64,000 nucleotides of DNA, taken from contig JBGCFM010000097.1 of the NCBI GenBank assembly GCA_045106895.1, forward strand, positions 12,605-76,604, written 5' to 3'. The notes under the pieces were generated by a model. It worked only from the letters and a program-made list of their open reading frames with translations, had not been told where the DNA came from and did no database searches. This document shows, piece after piece, positions 58,833 to 64,000 of this stretch. The translations under genes and the position numbers were made by a program. This stretch comes from Polyangiales bacterium (GTDB lineage Bacteria > Myxococcota_A > Polyangia > Polyangiales > Houyiibacteriaceae). How positions within the stretch are numbered: position 1 is the first letter of the stretch; every line of letters begins with the position of its first letter.

Positions 58833-60602
58833 TCACTCCCGGACGAGCGAAACGTTCGTCAGCGTCGAGCCTTCGCTCAGGCGAAACCCGACCCCCACAC
58901 GCTCTCCCAGGCCATCCAAGCGGCACCCCTGCTCGCTCTCTCCGATCCCGAGGGTGACGTCGTCTCCCCTGCGCTGAACGTAAAGGCGACCTGGAGTGCG
59001 AGGGAGCGTGCAGAGCGCCGGGCCCACCTCGCTGGAGTTCGCCACGACGCGCACCGGAGCCGCACCCTCAGGCCGAAGAAGCAGCTCCACGCTTCCCTCG
59101 TATGCGAACTCGACGCGAAAATCGGCAAAGCGAAGAGTGGCGAGGTCGGCCCGCGCGTCGGAAACGAGCGCCCGAAGCGTGGTCCCTGCTGCATCGAAGC
59201 GGCCCTCCGCATCGAGGGCGAAGTCATCCGCCAGGAGCGTCGCCGGAGCTTGGTGGAACGGCGTGCGCGCCACCACACGCCGCATCGAAGCGCCTCGGGG
59301 CGACGTTGAGAGCACCACACCGTCTGCGAGCGTCGCCACGGCGTCCGGCGTATCGCTCATGGCGAGCTCCTCCGCCCTTGCTCGACCGACGTCGAAGGCA
59401 AACGCCCGAGGCGCGCCCGCGTCGTCACGACCACTGACGAATAGACGACCATCTGGAAGGGCCGTCGCTCGTACCTCGCGAAGTGGTGGCGCGTTCATCA
59501 TGAGCACATCGTCATAAACCAAAGTCGGAATGGCTGAGAGTGTGGGTGGGACACGGCGCAGCACCCGCACCATCGACGAGGAGCGACCGGGAATACTGCT
59601 CGCGACGACGGCTACGCGGCCGCCGGGCAAAGCGACGCCGCTCGTGTCGGGCAGCGCAGGTAAGCGCACCGAGTCCAGAAGCTCCCACTCATCGTTCGCT
59701 CGGTCATAGGCGACGACGTCACCGACGGGGTTGTCGCCATCTGCCACACCGCCCAGCGCGAGGATCGCGCCATCATCCGTGCGGACAAGAGACATGCCTG
59801 CGCGACGGATGGGCATGGCGCCGGCCACGCGCGAGGTCCCGTCGGCTGCGCTCAAGATCTCCGCGCCCGCGAGCGTCGCGTCATCTTCTCCGCGGCCGCC
59901 GAGCACGAGCACCTCGCCTCCCCCAAGGCCAAGCGCCGACGCTTCGCGGCGAGGCCTGGTCAATGCTCCTGACCGGACTCGCGCGCCGCCAATATCGAAG
60001 ACCTCAAAGGTCTCACGCGCGACGCCACCTCCGGCCACGATCAACACCTCGCCTTCGAGGGCGACGGCAGCCCCTAGGCGCGACGCCGAGAGCTCATTCC
60101 CGCGCTGCGCCAGCGTCTCCCCCGGGCCGAGTCGCAACACCTGCTGGGACTCTGCGGCGACCACAAGAGCGCCTCCGTCGGGCGTAGGGACCAACGCAGC
60201 GCCCCCCGACGCCAATGCGGGGTCACCGATCGCGCAGTCTTGGCCCAAGGGCAAAAGCAGCATGGGTCCAGCAGTGCTCTCACCGATGGCGTATCGAATC
60301 CCGACACCTTCCCACCGTCGCGTCGTCGCTCGAACCACCAGCGCCGCTGTGTCGAATGGGAAACGATCGATCATGCCCGGCTCTTCGCTCGGCCGAAGAA
60401 TCTCGATGGTTCGAGCGTCGCTCGCGGCGAAGTCCCCCAGCGCTTCCACAACGACAAGGTCGATGGGGTCCATTGGACGGCAACTCGCGGCGCCACTGAA
60501 GCGCAACTCCACGTCCGCGACGCGAACGGTGTCTTCCGGCGCACACGCCATAAGCAGGCAAAGCGCGCTGATGCACCGGCAGTTGGACCAGGGACGAAAC
60601 AT
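58833..60602 (-). CDS. Kelch-repeat lipoprotein
   Basis: LMAC; VAGG, VLVLGG, ILALGG repeats. Confidence 0.75.
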   Translation of the reverse strand: MFRPWSNCRCISALCLLMACAPEDTVRVADVELRFSGAASCRPMDPIDLVVVEALGDFAASDARTIEILRPSEEPGMIDRFPFDTAALVVRATTRRWEGVGIRYAIGESTAGPMLLLPLGQDCAIGDPALASGGAALVPTPDGGALVVAAESQQVLRLGPGETLAQRGNELSASRLGAAVALEGEVLIVAGGGVARETFEVFDIGGARVRSGALTRPRREASALGLGGGEVLVLGGRGEDDATLAGAEILSAADGTSRVAGAMPIRRAGMSLVRTDDGAILALGGVADGDNPVGDVVAYDRANDEWELLDSVRLPALPDTSGVALPGGRVAVVASSIPGRSSSMVRVLRRVPPTLSAIPTLVYDDVLMMNAPPLREVRATALPDGRLFVSGRDDAGAPRAFAFDVGRARAEELAMSDTPDAVATLADGVVLSTSPRGASMRRVVARTPFHQAPATLLADDFALDAEGRFDAAGTTLRALVSDARADLATLRFADFRVEFAYEGSVELLLRPEGAAPVRVVANSSEVGPALCTLPRTPGRLYVQRRGDDVTLGIGESEQGCRLDGLGERVGVGFRLSEGSTLTNVSLVRE

Positions 60603-60624
60603 GAGAGACTATGTTGTTTCACGA

Positions 60625-62256
60625 ATGAGCACAGCGGAGCAATTGAAGAGCGAAGACGCTCCCAAAAGCCGACGAGGTCCGGTGCCCTTCGGCAATTACC
60701 TCCTCGACGAGCTCATCGCCGTTGGCGGAATGGCGCGGGTCTATCGCGCTCGTCTTCGTGGCGCCCTTGGCTTTGAAAAGCCCCTCGTGGTCAAACAGGT
60801 GAGACCGGAGCTCGCGCAAGACCCACGTTTCGTCGCGATGTTCGCCGAAGAAGCCAAGACGCTCGTTCGCCTGACGCACCCTCATATCGTCACCGTCTAC
60901 GAACTCGGCGTCGTCGATGAGACGTACTTCATCGCCATGGAGTACATCGAAGGGGTCACGCTCCACGCGCTGATTGAAAGCGGCCCCCTCAGCGCAGAAT
61001 TCGCGGCGCACATCGCCTCCCAAGTGTGCGACGCCCTCCACCATGCGCACGAACGCTTCGACCTGGTCCACCGCGACGTCACGCCGCGCAACATCCTCAT
61101 CGATGAAGAAGGACAGACACGCCTCGTGGACTTCGGCATCGCCGTACCGCGCGATGGTGCTCGTGAAGGCGAAGGTGGCTTCGGCTCCATCGGTTATATG
61201 TCTCCAGAGCAGCTCAGAGGGGCGGCGCTGGGCCCGCGAAGTGACGTCTTCTCCCTCGGCTGCGCCATCCATCACTCGCTCTATGGCGACGTCCCCTTCG
61301 AAACGAAGGGACTGGAGCTCATTCAGAACTCAACGACGGCGGAGGGCCCCTTCTCGAACCACGTCGAGGCGATGCTCTCCCTGGCTGCATCGAAGCGACC
61401 GAACGCGCGGGAAGCCGGCCGTGTATTCCGCACCTGGCTCTCAAAGTCGCGCCCAGAAGGTGTCGCCCAGGAGCTTGGAGCGCTCGTCAGCGAGGTGCGC
61501 GAGTCTCAGTCGTCGCAGCCCATCGACCCGGACAAGACCGAAACAGGACACACCAGCACAACCCGCTCCCTCGCCACCAGCCCTCTTCTTCCGAGCAGCG
61601 GCGAGATCCTCGACAGCGAAGCCGCCGAGAGCGGAACCGTTCCGCTGCCTGGCCGGGTTGGACGAGTAGGACGAGTCGAGCCGGTCGAAGATCCTCGCTC
61701 AGAAGATGTCTCCGACAAGACCGCCATCTCCGCGGCGCCGAGCGACCCCCCATCCAAAGCTCCCATCGTCGTTCTCCTCCTTCTCATCGCCGGACTCGTT
61801 GTTGGCGGGCTCTTCGCGAGCGGGCAGATCGCTCAGCCCAGGCAGGAGACCAGCGAGGTCGGCGACGCAGAGCCGACGCCAAGGGCGGAAGAGCAGCCAG
61901 AAGGCCAGCCAGAGGACCAGCCAGATGAGCTCTCCGAGGGCTCCGCTGACGTTGCTCCAGCTCCGATGGAGGCCACGCCGATGACCGCCGCGGAGACGAC
62001 GATGCAGCCGGAACCTGCTGCACCCGCAGGCAATGGAGTTGTGGTCTTCGCGTCCACACCTTGGGCCGAGGTCTATATCGATGGTCGACGCATAGGCGTA
62101 ACCCCCATGCGCGAGCGCCTCGCTCGGGGCCGTCATGTGATTCGTCTCGTGAATCCCGCCCTTGGCTCGGAGCTCCGGCGCACCATCGACCTCGACGGTG
62201 GCGAAACGCTGCGCCTTCGAGCGGACTTCAACAGCAACCCGCCGGCTTTTCGCTAG
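60625..62256 (+). CDS. Membrane Ser/Thr kinase with PEGA domain
   Basis: GGMARV, VVKQ, HRDVTPRN, DFG, YMSPE; TM; STPWAEVYIDGRRIGVTP. Confidence 0.92.
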   Translation: MSTAEQLKSEDAPKSRRGPVPFGNYLLDELIAVGGMARVYRARLRGALGFEKPLVVKQVRPELAQDPRFVAMFAEEAKTLVRLTHPHIVTVYELGVVDETYFIAMEYIEGVTLHALIESGPLSAEFAAHIASQVCDALHHAHERFDLVHRDVTPRNILIDEEGQTRLVDFGIAVPRDGAREGEGGFGSIGYMSPEQLRGAALGPRSDVFSLGCAIHHSLYGDVPFETKGLELIQNSTTAEGPFSNHVEAMLSLAASKRPNAREAGRVFRTWLSKSRPEGVAQELGALVSEVRESQSSQPIDPDKTETGHTSTTRSLATSPLLPSSGEILDSEAAESGTVPLPGRVGRVGRVEPVEDPRSEDVSDKTAISAAPSDPPSKAPIVVLLLLIAGLVVGGLFASGQIAQPRQETSEVGDAEPTPRAEEQPEGQPEDQPDELSEGSADVAPAPMEATPMTAAETTMQPEPAAPAGNGVVVFASTPWAEVYIDGRRIGVTPMRERLARGRHVIRLVNPALGSELRRTIDLDGGETLRLRADFNSNPPAFR

Positions 62257-62282
62257 CGCCGCTGTTCCCATCCCTCTCATAC

Positions 62283-62315
62283 AAAAAGCCCCTCAGCGCG
62301 TTCGCTGAAGGGCTC
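62283..62315 (-). terminator. Rho-independent terminator between convergent genes
   Basis: Minus strand AGCCCTTCAGCG-AACG-CGCTGAGGGGCT-TTTT. Confidence 0.8.
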
Positions 62316-62341
62316 GTTGAGTTCGTTCGTACGCCGAAGTC

Positions 62342-62932
62342 TTAGGGACGCGGAGTCAGCGTGAACGGTGCGTTCACCTGGGCACACGCCCCGCCGGTTG
62401 GCCGCGGGAAACGCCAGTTGCGAGCGAGACGACGCACGCAGCCGAACACCTCGTTGTCACGAAGCGAGCCGCCCACGTTGACCTGATCGACGCTGCCATC
62501 GCTGCCGATGATCATTCGGACGCTGACCGTTCCCTGCAGAATGTTGTTCTGCTTGAGAGCCCGCTCGTAACACTGACGAACCTGGGGGCGCTGTCGCGCA
62601 ACAACTTGCTGAACCGCCGAGACGTCCAAGTTGCCTTCGCAATTGCGAGGCACACGACGCATCGTGGACATCATCGTCGCGACCTCGGGTTCACCCGCAT
62701 CGAAGCCAGTGTCCGGAGGACCTGCATCTTCAACCTCGTCTGGGATCTCGATCTCAGGTTCGAACTGAGTGGGTCGCGTAGGCGTCTCCACTACAGGCGT
62801 CGGTTCTGGCTCCGGATCATCGGGCATCGTTCCGCAGTACACGCCGACGGCGAGCAGAATAAGAAGGATTCCAACGAGTCCATATTTAGCGCCGCCGCCT
62901 GTGATGGGCGGTGGGGGTGTCGTTTCACTCAA
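62342..62932 (-). CDS. AgmX/PglI C-terminal (TonB-like) domain protein
   Basis: TM, Pro linker, VRQCYERAL...GTVSV...GCV...WRFPRP...PF. Confidence 0.85.
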   Translation of the reverse strand: MSETTPPPPITGGGAKYGLVGILLILLAVGVYCGTMPDDPEPEPTPVVETPTRPTQFEPEIEIPDEVEDAGPPDTGFDAGEPEVATMMSTMRRVPRNCEGNLDVSAVQQVVARQRPQVRQCYERALKQNNILQGTVSVRMIIGSDGSVDQVNVGGSLRDNEVFGCVRRLARNWRFPRPTGGACAQVNAPFTLTPRP

Positions 62933-63066
62933 TCGATTGCCTCTCTAATGGCCGCGAGCATAGCGACCGTTGTGAGATCAAACAATCAAACAGCACATCA
63001 GATTCATTTGACCCCCATTTGCGTCAATTTCGTGCCCCACGACGCGGAATGGCTACCCTTTACCCA

Positions 63067-63750
63067 ATGATTCGCTTTCTTCCCCTCTTGCTCCTCGCTT
63101 TAGCCGGCTGTGAAGCCCTGGCATCGGCCACTTTCACGGTGGGCGTGGAGGCGGAGCTTGGCGGTTCTGACTTTGCTCTTCCGGACGAACTTCGCGAAGA
63201 AACTCCAAGCGGCCCACGCATCATGGAGCTCCCTTGCGGCCCCATGGGCATGTGCCCAAGCAACGATGAAGTCGCCATCGCGTGCGAAGCTGGCCTGTGC
63301 AATCCCGCGCCGCAGACCCTCGAAATCAACATAGGGGAGGTCATCGACCTCGACGAACTGGCCGGTGACGCCGACCAGATCTTCAACCAGGTCGACACCA
63401 TCGAGATTCTCTCGGTGGAATACCAGATTCGCCGAAACACGCTGACCATAGCCACCACACCGGTGGATGTCTTCTGGGGACCAGCAGGATCCGTCGCCAT
63501 CGACGAGAGCACTGGACCCAGGCGCATTGGAACACTTCCGATGCTCTCCGTTGGGGAAACAGGCGAAGGGGACGTCTCCCTCGACGCCGTCGGCGCTGCT
63601 GCGTTTACCCAGCACTTCGAAACCGTGGGTCATCGCTTTCGCTTCTTTGCCCGAACAGACCTCGATCTCGAGCCGGGCGGCGCATTCCCCGACGGCGAGC
63701 TTGAGGTCGCAGTCCGGATGCGCGTGCGTATTTCGGGCAGCTTGCTCTAA
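63067..63750 (+). CDS. Hypothetical lipoprotein
   Basis: LAGC lipobox, Cys cluster, beta-rich domain. Confidence 0.75.
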   Translation: MIRFLPLLLLALAGCEALASATFTVGVEAELGGSDFALPDELREETPSGPRIMELPCGPMGMCPSNDEVAIACEAGLCNPAPQTLEINIGEVIDLDELAGDADQIFNQVDTIEILSVEYQIRRNTLTIATTPVDVFWGPAGSVAIDESTGPRRIGTLPMLSVGETGEGDVSLDAVGAAAFTQHFETVGHRFRFFARTDLDLEPGGAFPDGELEVAVRMRVRISGSLL

Positions 63751-63779
63751 CGCAACCCGTCTTGGTAGAACCCTCCCTG

Positions 63780-64000
63780 ATGGGCGCTCGATTCGGTCTG
63801 CTTGGTCTCGTGTGCGCGCTCACCGCGTGTGCAGGCGGAGGCGTGCGTGGTCCTGACGCGGCGCTCCGGGCGTACTTGGCCGCCACCCAATCCGGTGACG
63901 CGAGTGCTGCCTACGCCCTCCTCGATGACGATACCCAAGACGCCATCACCCTCGAGGAGTTCAGCGCCTCCATGCAGGAGAACGAGGCCGAGCTCCGTGA
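63780..64000 (+). CDS. Lipoprotein, partial (runs off window end)
   Basis: MGARFGLLGLVCALTACAGG...AAYALLDDDTQDAITLEEF...; open to the end. Confidence 0.7.
   Translation, partial: MGARFGLLGLVCALTACAGGGVRGPDAALRAYLAATQSGDASAAYALLDDDTQDAITLEEFSASMQENEAELR

Noticed and set aside
59731..60624. N-terminal extension of the 841-aa kinase ORF
   Set aside because: Antisense shadow of the kelch gene; the kinase begins near 60625.
1..64000. CRISPR array, tRNA/rRNA, IS/integrase, prophage
   Set aside because: No repeat-spacer pattern, RNA-gene signature or recombinase/phage structural motifs seen. All tandem repeats are coding except one 11-mer.

Overview
GC-rich, gene-dense chromosomal window with the hallmarks of a myxobacterium, probably Polyangiales/Sandaracinaceae-like (inference). 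These hallmarks are many Cys-rich lipoproteins with DAG-type linkers, a MYXO-CTERM-tailed trypsin-like protease, an AgmX/PglI C-terminal domain protein and two Hanks-type Ser/Thr kinases. About 60 CDS are present. I saw no rRNA, tRNA, CRISPR array, integrase or transposase. Recognisable housekeeping/transport genes include sohB, a thiolase, a standalone 5'-3' exonuclease, SUI1/yciH, sulP, MOSC/yiiM, PACE, DMT, an OYE-family oxidoreductase, an S9 peptidase and an amidase. The best candidate for an undescribed system is at 13982-17120. There a Ser/Thr kinase fused to a degenerate class III cyclase domain and a Zn ribbon sits between two closely related copies of an unknown protein, and a remnant of the kinase C-terminus is retained upstream of the second copy. 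Other oddities: a frameshifted TM-wHTH-ACP-like fusion lacking the phosphopantetheine Ser; a CheA-like gene with in-frame deletions; a frameshifted WGR-BRCT-pentapeptide gene; an orphan, immunity-like gene patch with an ankyrin pseudogene; a lipoprotein with CX5CH/CX4CH heme-like motifs; a DUF4139 protein with an inserted TSP3-OmpA module; and an unusual 2OG-Fe(II)-like enzyme. All family calls come from reading motifs by eye; no searches were run.
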